DNA of 63,286 nt, filler included. It is 4 parts of 4 records of this genome, joined end to end, with 100 filler letters (N's around TTAATTAATTAA, not from the genome) between each part and the next. Parts side by side here need not be neighbours in the genome. Positions count along the whole stretch, not along the records: positions 1 to 28,720 come from DRR723986_7978; 3 more parts are not named here. One strand, given 5' to 3'. The position numbers and the translations under genes were made by a program. Below are positions 9,412 through 19,974 of the stretch, piece by piece; position 1 is the first letter of the stretch, and each line of letters opens with the position of its first letter. The notes under the pieces were generated by a model. That model was not told the origin of the DNA. It saw nothing but the letters and a program-made list of their open reading frames with translations, and did no database searches.

Positions 9412-9421
9412 CTGCCTTCGC

Positions 9422-11167
9422 TCATTCAATGGCGTTGCGCATATGTTGTTGAATGGCATCTGGCGCAACGGGCTTTCTTAAAAAAGTGGCATTTGACGGC
9501 ATCTCATCGCCGCGTGGCTCGTGCGGTTCACCGCTCATTAAAATGGCGGGAATATCTTCATTAACTTCGTCGCGGAGGGCTTCAATAAGCGCTGCGCCGT
9601 CGTGCCCTGGCCCGAGACAACGATCAATGATAAAAAGTGACGGCATTTCATTGGTGACGCTCAGGAGCGAGATCGCTTCATCAGGACCAGATGCAGAAAT
9701 AAGCTGACAGCCCCAGTTTGTAAGCAAAGACGCCATACCCTCCCGAATGCCAGCATCATCATCAACCAACACAACTAAGGGCGTGCTATCAAAAGAGGTT
9801 GCTGCTTCTTTGCCACGGTCATCCTTAATAATAGATGGTTCTGCGCTGATGTTTGCGTGCGGCAGGGTTAAGGTAAAGCATGTGCCCTCACCAACTGTAG
9901 AATCCAGCTCTAACTGAAAGCCTAAAAGGTCGGTGAGCCGCTGAACAATAGAAAGGCCAAGTCCAACCCCGCGTTTCTGGCTGTGGGTTTGCTCGGCCAA
10001 TTGGGCATACTCTTTAAAAATTCGACTTTGTTCATTTTGGGGAATGCCAGGGCCATTGTCTTTCACAATCACCTGAATATCTGTTTCTGTTTTAGTTATG
10101 CTTAAGTCAACGGTACCGCCCGCTTGCGTATAACGCAGCGCATTAGACAATAAGTTACGGATAATGCGATTCAAAAGCACAGGGTCTGTGCTGGCGCGTG
10201 CCTGTTGCAAATGCGTTGTTAGATAAACCTTATTCACTGCCGCGATTGGCAAAAATTCGTCAACAAGCGCTATCATATCAGCTTCAATGTCAACCAATAC
10301 TGCTCGTGGCTTAATGGCACCGCTATCCAGTCGGTTAATATCAATCAGGCCGCGCAAAAAGTCGCCTTGTCGCTGCCAGGTTTGTTCAATTTTGCTCAGC
10401 AAATCCAATTGTGCGGTGTCAGTAACTTTTTCTTTTAGGGCCTGTATGAAATAGCCTTGCGCGTGCAGGGGTTGGGAAAGATCATGGCTGGTTGCTGCCA
10501 AAAATCGTGTTTTTTCTTCATTAACACGGCTAATTATCGTATTTTCAGCCTCTAATTTTGCCATTTCTTCGCGTTTGTGCCGGGCAGCAATAGACTCGTG
10601 CATATCTATTTCACCGCGTTTGCTGGTAATAATACCAAAAGCAAAATATACCAAAATTGCAACACCCATTAGCCACAAAGGCCAAGGTGCCGCTATGAAT
10701 GAATAGACGGAAAACGGTGTAAGCGCGAAGGTCGCCAAGGCCAAATATCCTGGGCGATACGCTGAGCCCGGTAATAACCCGCCAATGGTAATGCCGCACA
10801 CCAAAAATACGGCGATTAGAAGCGTGGATAATTCTTGCCATTGCACCATTATTATTGCAAAGGCACCCCAGATAATGCCTGTTATGCAGCAAATGAAAAC
10901 ATGCCCGCGCAGGTAGCTTTCAACATTTTTACGCGTAACGCCCTCAGGGCTTTTAAGCTTGGCATAAAGGTAGGTCACAACAACCATCATCGTGGACAAG
11001 GTAAACCATATACCCACACCGGTATCAGCGTTAATTGCCAGCAAAATGATCGAATAGTTGCAGATTAAAAACTGCACAAACAAACAGGAGGCAACCACCC
11101 TGTTTTTGAGCATTTGTGCTTGCTCAACGCGAACATCGGTTAGATCATATGGCGCTTGGTTTTCCAT
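9422..11167 (-). CDS. hybrid sensor histidine kinase with a multi-TM N-terminus and C-terminal receiver
   Basis: Several TM helices; H-box ATSHDLSQPL; NLLSNALRY, DNGPGI, GVGLGL; receiver VDDD...D...KP. Confidence 0.93.
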   Translation of the reverse strand: MENQAPYDLTDVRVEQAQMLKNRVVASCLFVQFLICNYSIILLAINADTGVGIWFTLSTMMVVVTYLYAKLKSPEGVTRKNVESYLRGHVFICCITGIIWGAFAIIMVQWQELSTLLIAVFLVCGITIGGLLPGSAYRPGYLALATFALTPFSVYSFIAAPWPLWLMGVAILVYFAFGIITSKRGEIDMHESIAARHKREEMAKLEAENTIISRVNEEKTRFLAATSHDLSQPLHAQGYFIQALKEKVTDTAQLDLLSKIEQTWQRQGDFLRGLIDINRLDSGAIKPRAVLVDIEADMIALVDEFLPIAAVNKVYLTTHLQQARASTDPVLLNRIIRNLLSNALRYTQAGGTVDLSITKTETDIQVIVKDNGPGIPQNEQSRIFKEYAQLAEQTHSQKRGVGLGLSIVQRLTDLLGFQLELDSTVGEGTCFTLTLPHANISAEPSIIKDDRGKEAATSFDSTPLVVLVDDDAGIREGMASLLTNWGCQLISASGPDEAISLLSVTNEMPSLFIIDRCLGPGHDGAALIEALRDEVNEDIPAILMSGEPHEPRGDEMPSNATFLRKPVAPDAIQQHMRNAIE

Positions 11168-11174
11168 TTCAGTC

Positions 11175-12494
11175 CTAGTGTATCACGCTTTTGGAGGGCC
11201 AAGGGCGCCGCAAAATATAAAGGGCAACCAAGCGTAACATAATGGGCAGTCCGGCATAGAAAAACACTAACGTCAAAGTTTGATTGCGAGAGTTTTCGCC
11301 GACTTCGGCAAAGTCCACCAAATCAAGCACAGGAAACGCCAGCCCCATCGGCACAATAAACGCCAGCTTAGAAACAGAATTCTTAATCGCCAGATAAAGC
11401 CCGGCAAACCGATTTTCTCCAATCTCCTCATCTGCATAAACAATGTCCGCCAACATGGAAGTTGGCATAATAGCATCACACCCGAAGGCTGCTCCAATAA
11501 TCGCCGATAATATCAGCATGGCTGCTACATTGCCTTCGCCCAAAAACGGTGTGCTCGTCAGCAATAGGCAACAGGCTATAATGCCCGCTTGCCAAGCTAT
11601 TAGTTTGCTATAACGCTTTGATATAATCACCCATACTGGCAAAAAGACCGCGCCTGACGCTAGGAGAACCCCCATGAAAGCGCCGGTTAAGTCCGGCCTT
11701 TTAATAACATGCATAATGAATAAAACCGAAAGCCCTGCGGTTAGCGCGTTGGCGGATTGAACGATGAGAAAAGAGCCAACCAGCCGTTTGTAAGCGGCGT
11801 TAGAGGCAATGAATTTAACAGCCTGCCCAAAGCCAATTTTGGGCGCTTTCACAACCCGGTGGGCGTTTGGCACAAAGGCCAAAAAGGCAAAAAGCCCGAG
11901 CACAGATAGGGCTGCAATAATGCGTGCTGTCAGCGACAGGGCATCAGCGGTGCCTATGGTATGGGCGACCGGAATGGCGGCGACAGTTAGCGCGCCAACC
12001 ACCTGAAAAATACCTTTTGAACTTGCCAGTAATGACCGCTCATGCACATGCGGGGAAATCTCCAGACCAATAGAAGAATAGGGCACATCAAGCGCTGTAT
12101 AGCATAAAAAATACAAGCCACTTGCTAAGGCTAAATACCATAGGCCGACGCTTTCTGGCGGCGAAAGCAGCATCCAAGCAGCAAGACTAAAGGCTGGCAC
12201 ACCGGCCACAATCCATGGCTTACGTGGCCCCCAACGGCTTTGGGTTTCATCGCTCAAATGGCCAATCACTGGATCGGTCACCACATCAAACAAGCGCCCC
12301 GCTACGATAACCGCGCCAACCGCACCAAGGCCAAGACCCAAATCAACCGCGTAATATGTGGGTATAAATACCGCGAAGGCAAACCCACCCATCGCCAGCG
12401 GCGTGGTCAGCAGGCCAAAGCACAATAGCTGCCAGAGCGTAAATGTGCGCTCCGGATTTGCACCCTGCCGATACTGTTGATTGTCATCAACCAT
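11175..12494 (-). CDS. MFS transporter, GPH/MelB-like (MFS_2)
   Basis: About 12 hydrophobic segments; RLFDVVTDPVIGHLSD..SRWGPRKPW motif. Confidence 0.85.
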   Translation of the reverse strand: MVDDNQQYRQGANPERTFTLWQLLCFGLLTTPLAMGGFAFAVFIPTYYAVDLGLGLGAVGAVIVAGRLFDVVTDPVIGHLSDETQSRWGPRKPWIVAGVPAFSLAAWMLLSPPESVGLWYLALASGLYFLCYTALDVPYSSIGLEISPHVHERSLLASSKGIFQVVGALTVAAIPVAHTIGTADALSLTARIIAALSVLGLFAFLAFVPNAHRVVKAPKIGFGQAVKFIASNAAYKRLVGSFLIVQSANALTAGLSVLFIMHVIKRPDLTGAFMGVLLASGAVFLPVWVIISKRYSKLIAWQAGIIACCLLLTSTPFLGEGNVAAMLILSAIIGAAFGCDAIMPTSMLADIVYADEEIGENRFAGLYLAIKNSVSKLAFIVPMGLAFPVLDLVDFAEVGENSRNQTLTLVFFYAGLPIMLRLVALYILRRPWPSKSVIH

Positions 12495-12552
12495 CTAATA
12501 GCATTCCAAATGCCCCCAACTTTCCATTCTGGGCGCTCAAAAAAATGCCGTC

Positions 12553-12572
12553 AATCACCCTTTTGGGCGATT
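12553..12572. promoter_or_regulatory. inverted repeat, candidate response-regulator site
   Basis: AATCACCC-TTTT-GGGCGATT (one mismatch) in the divergent MFS/RTX intergenic region. Confidence 0.45.
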
Positions 12573-12578
12573 GTTTTT

Positions 12579-12597
12579 GGTTAAGGGTTCATTAACC
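12579..12597. promoter_or_regulatory. CtrA-type box
   Basis: GG-TTAA-GGGTTCA-TTAA-CC, an exact TTAA-N7-TTAAC match about 70 bp upstream of the RTX ATG. Confidence 0.55.
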
Positions 12598-12666
12598 TCT
12601 CGATCAGTGATGGGGGTCACTGTTTTCACGCGCACCCGCGCGGACTTTGCCTGAAGGGACATCACT

Positions 12667-15600
12667 ATGGCCACACTTCTCGTAACAACTAACGCCGACA
12701 CTGGTGATGATGCAACTCTAGGCGCTGATTTGGCCGCAGACATGGCAGATGGCGGCGGGCTTTCCCTTCGCGAGGCGATTGGCCGTGCGGCGGCGGGTGA
12801 CACCATCACCTTTGACCTGGACGGCAACACTGTCGGCAATCAGGGCGGCACCATCACGCTGGGTGGTACAGAGCTGGAAGTAACTCAAGGTGTCATCATT
12901 GACGGCGATCTGGATGGTGATAACAGGCCGGACGTTACCATTGATGGCAACGCGGGCAGCCGTGTATTCAACCTTACCGGCGGCACTACCACGCTGGACG
13001 GGCTGACCATAACAAATGGGGCATCAGAAACCGGCGGCAATGGCAGCGGCGGCGGCGTGCGTGTTGGTGCGGACGTAACAGCAACCATACAAAATAGTAT
13101 TATCACCGGCAATTTAGCTGATTTCGGCGGCGGTGTATTTCACCGGGGAACATCGTTAACCATCGACAACACACAAGTATCTAATAACTCTCTTAGGGCT
13201 GGTGGCACATCGGGCACGGGCGGTGGCATTTTCGCCAATGCTGAAACAACCATTACAAACAGCAGTATCGTTGGCAACACCGGCATAAATACAGGCAGTG
13301 CTGTAATATCTTCTGCGGCACTTACCATCACGAATACAACGATTGCCCAAAATACAGGCGGTTCAACAGCCATCAACGTGGGTGGAAACAACACTGTAAA
13401 TATCACGAATTCAACGCTGACAGGCAACAGCGGCGAAGCATTTGGCATCAACCAGTCTACAGATACGACAACCGTCAATATATCAGGCAGCGTTGTCGAC
13501 AATACGGGTGCCAGTTCTGGCTTGCTTGTTTCAACTAACTTCTTAGGCAATGCGAATTTCACCTTCAGCGGCGATAACATTGTCATTGCTACACCGACAG
13601 CGACGGCCGCTTCAGGGCTTTCAACCGTAACATTCTCCGGCTCGCCAACCGTTCAACCAGACCTTAGTCAGATTTTTGCCTCAACCGCAGTGGTTAGCAG
13701 CATCACAGGTGGGGCCCTGTCAACGGTTGGCAATGTTCAGGTTGTACCCTTGGCAAGCGGTGTAACAACAGGTGCTGCGTCCACTAATACCGCACCAACC
13801 ATAACCCTGCCCGCAGCGCCCACCGTGGCAGAGGATGCAACCAATGTGGCTATTGCAGACACCATTGCTATTGCGGACACAAATTCTGACACTCAAAAAG
13901 TTACGCTCACAATCACGGGCGGTACAGCAACTATTGATACATCAGGTGTAAGTGTCACCACAGGGGACGGTACGGATGACACGTCCATCGTTTTCAATGG
14001 TACGCTTGCAAACGTGAATACTGCGTTGGATAGCCTAACATTCACACCAACCGCAAACCTGAACGGTACCAATGCGGGCAGCATCCGCATACAAACAGAT
14101 GACGGCGCTGGCGGTACCGACGACGAGACAGTGACTTTCGATATTTCTGCCGTTGCTGACACGCTCACCGTCACAACCAACAGCGACAGCGGCGCAGATG
14201 CTACATTGGATACAGACCTTGCCACCGACATGGCAGACGGCGGTGGTCTTTCCTTGCGAGAAGCCATTGGCCGCGCCGAGGCGGGTGACACCATCACTTT
14301 TGATTTGGACGGCACCACAAGCGGTAATCAAGGCGGCACCATCACGCTGGGCGGTACTGAGCTGACCATTAGCCAAGGCATCACCATTGATGGTGACCTG
14401 GACAATGATAATGCCCCTGACGTGACAATCAGCGGAAACAATACCAGCCGTGTTTTTAATATCTCTAGCGGCACCAACACCTTGGATGGCCTGACCATTA
14501 CCAATGGCAACGTAACCGGCTCAGGTGGGGGCATTACTAACAGCGGTACGCTGACCATTACAAACAGCGTAATAACCGACAATACTGCAAGCGAAAATGG
14601 TGGCGGCATCAGATCAAGCGGTGACCTGACAATTACAGGCAGTAGTATCGCAAATAATACAGCTACTTCAAGGGTTGGCGGTGGCATCAGCTTTATAAGT
14701 AGCGATACCACCATTACAAACAGTAGTATCACAGGTAACAGCAGTGGCCAGATCGGTGCTGCTATTGCGCAAAGTGGGTATGCATCCAATACACTTACAC
14801 TTACCAATGTGACAACAGGCGGAAACACCGGCCCTACGTACGGTATTTCAACAGCCTTGAATATTGTGAATATCACTAACTCAACGATTAACGACCGTAT
14901 TTATTTATATGGCGGTCCGACCGTCACCGTTGAAAATAGTATTTTGATCAGTGGCACAACTGGATTTGGATTTAGTACAAGTTTCAACACCACGTTTGTG
15001 GGCACAAACATTCTGACGAGCAATCGGGGGGTGTCAGGCGCATCTGGCACCACGCCAACCATCCAGACTGATCTAAGCCAAATTTTTACCAACACGGCAT
15101 CTGTTTCAACTGGCAGCGGATCTCTAACGCAAAGCTCATTGACGACACAAGGCAATATTCAGGTTGCGCCTATTCTGGATGGCGGCGATGCAGACGATGC
15201 TGGTACAGGCGGCATAAATGTTGGTGCCCAATCCGCGCCTGAAACAACAAATAATATCCTGCCGGTCATTGCCATTGATAACAGCAATTTGAGTTACACC
15301 GAAGATCAAAGTTTTGCTCCGCAGATTGATAGACTAGGGACGCTCTCGGACGCAGACGGCGACGCCGACTGGGACGGCGGCACATTGGCGGTGCAATTAA
15401 CCGGTAATGCGGAAGCGGCAGATAGGCTTTTGCTTGCTCGTAATGAAGGCCTATCCATTTCAGGAACGGATGTTTCTGTCGGCAACACAGTGGTTGGCAC
15501 TGTATCTGTCGCGGCAACAGGCGATGATAGTATTGTCACTGGCGGCACAACGTTGACAGTTACTTTTAATGCCAGTGCCACGAATGCGGCTGTTCAAACT

Positions 15601-17967
15601 GTGCTGCGCAGTTTCCGGTATGATAATACATCAGATGACCCTGGCACATCTGACCGAACCATTACCATTACTGCAACTGACACAAACGGTGGATCAGCCA
15701 CCGACACCCGTACCGTGTCTGTGACCGCGGAAGAAGACAACCCAACCGTGTCAGCTACGGCGGCGAACCCCACATTCACCGAAGACGGCGCGGCGGTTGC
15801 GCCTTTCACCGGCGCTAGCATTAGCACAGTGGAGGGCGGTCAAACCATCACAGCCTTCAATGTGATTCTTGTTGATTCAGCGGATGGGGCATCAGAAGTT
15901 CTCAACATTGATGGTACGGATGTTTCGGTTGTCGCTGGCGGCAGCGGCACAACGTCGGGCAATTCACTCTCTTATTCGGTTGTATCATCGGGCGGCAATC
16001 TTGAGGTGCGCCTGACCGGTGGTACCTTGACCGGTGCACAGGCCAATACCATCATCAATGGCATTACCTACAGCAACACCAGTGATAACCCGACGACCAC
16101 AAATGCTCGAACCATAGCGATTGATGTGTTTCAGGACAGCGGTAGCGGCGTGTCTGACGGCGCAGTGACATCCGATGTTACTGTTGTTGCGGCCAATGAT
16201 GCGCCCACCTCCACGAACGGGTCACCGCTTATTAATGACAACGCGGCACGCACATTCACGGCCGCTGACTTTAACTTCAGTGATGCTGATACTGGCGATA
16301 CGCTCCAGTCTGTGCGCATTGACAGCATCACGCTGACAAGCGGCACCTTCCAGCTATCCGGCACCGACGTTACTGTAGGGCAAGTGATCACGATCGCGGA
16401 CATCAACGCAGGCAATCTGGTCTATACCCCACAAAATAATATTACAGATGTGACTTCTGACTCCGTGAGGCTTGAATTCACGCACAGCGTTAGCGATGGC
16501 ACAGCCTTCGCGGCAACACCAACCCGCATTCAGGTTGATGTATCACCGGTTATTGATGCACCAACCGCAACGAGCGCGCCGTCTGATATTCGTGTGGGGG
16601 TGGAGACGGCATCGAATGTCGACTTATCCAGCATAAACTTCGCAGATGTAGACAGTAGCAGTATTAACATCAGAATCAGTGTGAACAACGGTACCTTATC
16701 CGTTGGCACTTTGCCCGGCACTCTGGCAATGCTGAGTTTCCAAACCAGTCTATCCATGGTGGGTGGTGGCAATTCAGTTAGCATCAGCGGTACATTGTCG
16801 GACGTTAATGCCTTTTTCGATGACCCAACCCTGCTGCAATATACCAGCGCATCCGGTGTTACGGGTGAAAATGCAGCGACGTTGACTATCACTAACACCG
16901 CAACAAAAAGTGGCTCTGCGCTCGCAACCGTCAGCATCAATATTGGTGCTGCTCCTGCTACTGCACCCACAACACCGACCGTAACCTCGGTGGACGACTC
17001 TAATCCCAATGGCAGCCAACAAAACGGCACCAGTCTGAATGATAGCCTTGGCGGCAGCGGCGGCAATGATACGCTTTCTGGCGGGAATGGCCGTGATACG
17101 CTGATTGGTGGAAACGGCAATGACTTTATCGCTGGCGGCAACGGCAATGATGTTTCATTTGCTGGTGAAAATGATGATGGCAACGACACACTGCAGGGTA
17201 ATGGCGGCAATGACGTGCTTGCAGGAGGGCGCGGCGATGACACCATTGTTGGGGGTGACTATAGCTCTAGCGCCACTGGGTCTAACACCGGCAATTCGGG
17301 TAATGACACTCTCTTTGGCGGGGACGGCAATGACCTGATTGTGGGCGGGTCGTACAATTCTGCAACTAATACCGTGATCAACACCGGCCAAGGCACCAAC
17401 ACAATTTGGGCCGGTACAGGTGATGATACTGTTTTTGGTGATGATAACCGGGACACACTGGGTGGCGGCGTTGGCGGCGACAGCCTTAATGGCGGTGCCG
17501 GCAATGATACAATCTTTGGTGGCACGGGCAATGACACTGTTGATGCGGGGGATGATAACGACCGTATATTCACCGGCTCTGGTGATGATACGATTGACGG
17601 CGGTAACGGTAATGACACCCTGTTTGGTGGCGCAGGCGATGATACGGTCTCCGGCGGGGCTGGCAATGACCAGATATGGGCTGGCGCGGGTGATGATGAC
17701 CTCTCTGGAGGTGCGGGGTCTGACACCTTTGTCTTTGGGCAAACCAGCGGCAACGATACGGTGACCGACTTTGATGCCTCGGAGGACACATTGAACTTGG
17801 AGTTTGCCAGTACTGACTTTACCAGCCTGGCCGAGGTGCAGGCCGCGGCCAGTGCCACTACGCAGGGTGGCCAGTCGGGTGTGTTGATTGACTTGGGCAA
17901 CGGCGACAGCGCGTTTATCGTCGGTATAACCGTTTCTGAATTGTCAGCGAGCAATGTGAGCTTTTAA
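12667..17967 (+). CDS. large RTX-family surface protein/adhesin (two LSLREA + beta-helix modules, cadherin-like repeats, C-terminal GGxGxD repeats)
   Basis: No Sec signal; CSLREA-like LSLREAI twice; GGGI/ITNS beta-helix repeats; NDAP-type cadherin-like domains; many GGxGNDT nonapeptides; T1SS-type C-terminus. Confidence 0.88.
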   Translation: MATLLVTTNADTGDDATLGADLAADMADGGGLSLREAIGRAAAGDTITFDLDGNTVGNQGGTITLGGTELEVTQGVIIDGDLDGDNRPDVTIDGNAGSRVFNLTGGTTTLDGLTITNGASETGGNGSGGGVRVGADVTATIQNSIITGNLADFGGGVFHRGTSLTIDNTQVSNNSLRAGGTSGTGGGIFANAETTITNSSIVGNTGINTGSAVISSAALTITNTTIAQNTGGSTAINVGGNNTVNITNSTLTGNSGEAFGINQSTDTTTVNISGSVVDNTGASSGLLVSTNFLGNANFTFSGDNIVIATPTATAASGLSTVTFSGSPTVQPDLSQIFASTAVVSSITGGALSTVGNVQVVPLASGVTTGAASTNTAPTITLPAAPTVAEDATNVAIADTIAIADTNSDTQKVTLTITGGTATIDTSGVSVTTGDGTDDTSIVFNGTLANVNTALDSLTFTPTANLNGTNAGSIRIQTDDGAGGTDDETVTFDISAVADTLTVTTNSDSGADATLDTDLATDMADGGGLSLREAIGRAEAGDTITFDLDGTTSGNQGGTITLGGTELTISQGITIDGDLDNDNAPDVTISGNNTSRVFNISSGTNTLDGLTITNGNVTGSGGGITNSGTLTITNSVITDNTASENGGGIRSSGDLTITGSSIANNTATSRVGGGISFISSDTTITNSSITGNSSGQIGAAIAQSGYASNTLTLTNVTTGGNTGPTYGISTALNIVNITNSTINDRIYLYGGPTVTVENSILISGTTGFGFSTSFNTTFVGTNILTSNRGVSGASGTTPTIQTDLSQIFTNTASVSTGSGSLTQSSLTTQGNIQVAPILDGGDADDAGTGGINVGAQSAPETTNNILPVIAIDNSNLSYTEDQSFAPQIDRLGTLSDADGDADWDGGTLAVQLTGNAEAADRLLLARNEGLSISGTDVSVGNTVVGTVSVAATGDDSIVTGGTTLTVTFNASATNAAVQTVLRSFRYDNTSDDPGTSDRTITITATDTNGGSATDTRTVSVTAEEDNPTVSATAANPTFTEDGAAVAPFTGASISTVEGGQTITAFNVILVDSADGASEVLNIDGTDVSVVAGGSGTTSGNSLSYSVVSSGGNLEVRLTGGTLTGAQANTIINGITYSNTSDNPTTTNARTIAIDVFQDSGSGVSDGAVTSDVTVVAANDAPTSTNGSPLINDNAARTFTAADFNFSDADTGDTLQSVRIDSITLTSGTFQLSGTDVTVGQVITIADINAGNLVYTPQNNITDVTSDSVRLEFTHSVSDGTAFAATPTRIQVDVSPVIDAPTATSAPSDIRVGVETASNVDLSSINFADVDSSSINIRISVNNGTLSVGTLPGTLAMLSFQTSLSMVGGGNSVSISGTLSDVNAFFDDPTLLQYTSASGVTGENAATLTITNTATKSGSALATVSINIGAAPATAPTTPTVTSVDDSNPNGSQQNGTSLNDSLGGSGGNDTLSGGNGRDTLIGGNGNDFIAGGNGNDVSFAGENDDGNDTLQGNGGNDVLAGGRGDDTIVGGDYSSSATGSNTGNSGNDTLFGGDGNDLIVGGSYNSATNTVINTGQGTNTIWAGTGDDTVFGDDNRDTLGGGVGGDSLNGGAGNDTIFGGTGNDTVDAGDDNDRIFTGSGDDTIDGGNGNDTLFGGAGDDTVSGGAGNDQIWAGAGDDDLSGGAGSDTFVFGQTSGNDTVTDFDASEDTLNLEFASTDFTSLAEVQAAASATTQGGQSGVLIDLGNGDSAFIVGITVSELSASNVSF
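14158..15240 (+). repeat. second copy of an internally duplicated ~370-aa module (first copy ~12670-13790)
   Basis: DMADGGGLSLREAIGRA..GDTITFDLDG...GNQGGTITLGGTEL, PTxQxDLSQIF and GNxQVxP occur in both copies; boundaries approximate. Confidence 0.8.
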
Positions 17968-18082
17968 GACAGTTTGAAAGGCTCTATGAAGCAAAGCTGG
18001 ATGACTATTTAACGCGCTTATTTGCCATCGACCAATTGGCTTGTTACGCTTCTGTCCTTGGTAGGGCTTTTGGGGGCGAATA

Positions 18083-19843
18083 ATGCGAATAAATAATGCG
18101 GTATCTGTAATTTTTGCGTCACTATGTATGGTGGCGTGTGGTGAAACAGAGAATTCGGGGGCTATAGAGACTCCAGCTGAAAAGCTAATTGTAATTGCAG
18201 ATGCTTTGCAGGCCCAAGTGATCAGGCAATCGCCAATCGAAGCCTATTATGGCAATCTGGACATTCAGGACCATAGCCACTTTAGCACTAATCTACCCAA
18301 CGGGATCGAAGCTCATGAAAAGGCTGAAGATGCCTTACTGCTGCGATTGAAGACTATTAATGCAGATTCTTTACCCGATGCTGCGCATCAAGTGCTGCAT
18401 GCGCAACTTCTTGAGCGATTGGAGGCCAATCAGGGTAAACGAGTGTGCAAACTGCACCTGTGGGACGTTAACCATATGTTTGGCTCCCACAGCATCTTGA
18501 ATAGCCTTGCTGGTTTTCAACCAGTTGATACCGCCTTGAAGCGAGAGCAGGCTTTAAAACGTTGGGGTAAAGTTTCAGGGTACTATAGGCAAGAGATTGA
18601 AAACCTGAAAGCAGGGCTTGAAGCTGGCTATACAATGCCGGTCGCAGTGGTTAACCGGGTCATTGGTACGGTTAAGGCGCTGGTTGAAATTCCAGCAAAT
18701 GCTTCGCCGTTAATGGGACCTGCTAATCGCAGCAATGACGCTGAGTTTCAGAAAGCGTTTAGCGCCTTGGTATCAGACGATATTCTGCCTGCTATGTCTG
18801 CGTGGGTAGATTTTCTTGAAAATGACTATTTACCTGCGACGAGGACGGATCGTGCAATAACAACTATCCCAAATGGCCGAGCGTGTTATGAGGCCATGTA
18901 CAGGTCATATACATCGCTAAATTGGTCGCCTGAGCGCGTGCATGAAACGGGTAACGCTGTTGTAGAAAGGCAAACTCAGGATGTCATTAAATTTGGCGAA
19001 GCCTTATATGAGCTAGAGACTTTTGAAGCTATTATTGAGCAGGCGAAAGCAACAGCCGAAGGCTTCACATCGGCAGAGCAAATGGTTGCTTTTTATGAGG
19101 CGGTGAATGCCCGGGCGCTTGATGCCATGGGGCAAGCGTTTTCGTCGTTGCCAGAGTCACAGCTTGCTATTATGCCCATTGAGAAACACGAGCAAGGCCA
19201 AGGGTTAAGCGCACATTATAACCCCGGTGATACGGAAAGGCCCGGCGAGTTCCGGTTTGACCCAACAACATTTAATACGGAAACCAAAGCTGGCGCTGAA
19301 ATTGTCACTGTTCATGAGGGTTACCCTGGCCATCACCTGCAAATATCGCTCGCAAACGAGCAGGCATCAAGCATTCATCCGGTTCAGCGAATACTGGGAA
19401 TAAGCGCATTTGCCGAAGGATGGGCGCGGTATTCCGAAAACCTTGCAGAAGAACTAGGCGTATACACGGTCGATAATACGCGGATCAGCCGGCGCGCTTG
19501 GCCTGCCAGAGGCATGGTGAGCGATACTGGCATGCATGCCTTGAACTGGGGCGTTGATAAAACGTTACAGTATTTGAAAGAATCTGGGCAGTATGACGAT
19601 GATTTAGAGGGTATGGCGATGATTGACCGGATGGCGGCTATTCCTGCTCAATTAACGTCATATGATAGTGGCGCACAGGAAATTTTTGCTCTTCGTGCTT
19701 TAGCAGAGCAAGAACTCGGAGATCAGTTTGATCTAAAAACATTTCACTACCACTTGTTAAAATACGGCAATGTTCCGCTTTGGCTTTTACGAGAACAGAT
19801 TGAAGACTGGCTTATGGTAGAGCAGCCTGTAGCGGACGAGTGA
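18083..19843 (+). CDS. DUF885 family lipoprotein (probable metallopeptidase)
   Basis: Lipobox MVAC; HEGYPGHHLQ, FAEGWARYSE and DTGMH motifs. Confidence 0.85.
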   Translation: MRINNAVSVIFASLCMVACGETENSGAIETPAEKLIVIADALQAQVIRQSPIEAYYGNLDIQDHSHFSTNLPNGIEAHEKAEDALLLRLKTINADSLPDAAHQVLHAQLLERLEANQGKRVCKLHLWDVNHMFGSHSILNSLAGFQPVDTALKREQALKRWGKVSGYYRQEIENLKAGLEAGYTMPVAVVNRVIGTVKALVEIPANASPLMGPANRSNDAEFQKAFSALVSDDILPAMSAWVDFLENDYLPATRTDRAITTIPNGRACYEAMYRSYTSLNWSPERVHETGNAVVERQTQDVIKFGEALYELETFEAIIEQAKATAEGFTSAEQMVAFYEAVNARALDAMGQAFSSLPESQLAIMPIEKHEQGQGLSAHYNPGDTERPGEFRFDPTTFNTETKAGAEIVTVHEGYPGHHLQISLANEQASSIHPVQRILGISAFAEGWARYSENLAEELGVYTVDNTRISRRAWPARGMVSDTGMHALNWGVDKTLQYLKESGQYDDDLEGMAMIDRMAAIPAQLTSYDSGAQEIFALRALAEQELGDQFDLKTFHYHLLKYGNVPLWLLREQIEDWLMVEQPVADE

Positions 19844-19974
19844 CAGGTGAGTTTTATATTGGAAAGATGGACGCTGCGCCTGTGAGACCATGGGCAAATG
19901 TTACGATTGATAGTGTTCTTATGCGCCTGCACTCATGCAGTATTTTGCCAAAGACAAATTAGGATAAAATATCT

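Noticed and set aside
17040-17760. Periodic sequence resembling a CRISPR or tandem array
   Set aside because: It is in-frame coding for RTX GGxGxD nonapeptides; there are no identical repeats with unique spacers and no cas genes.
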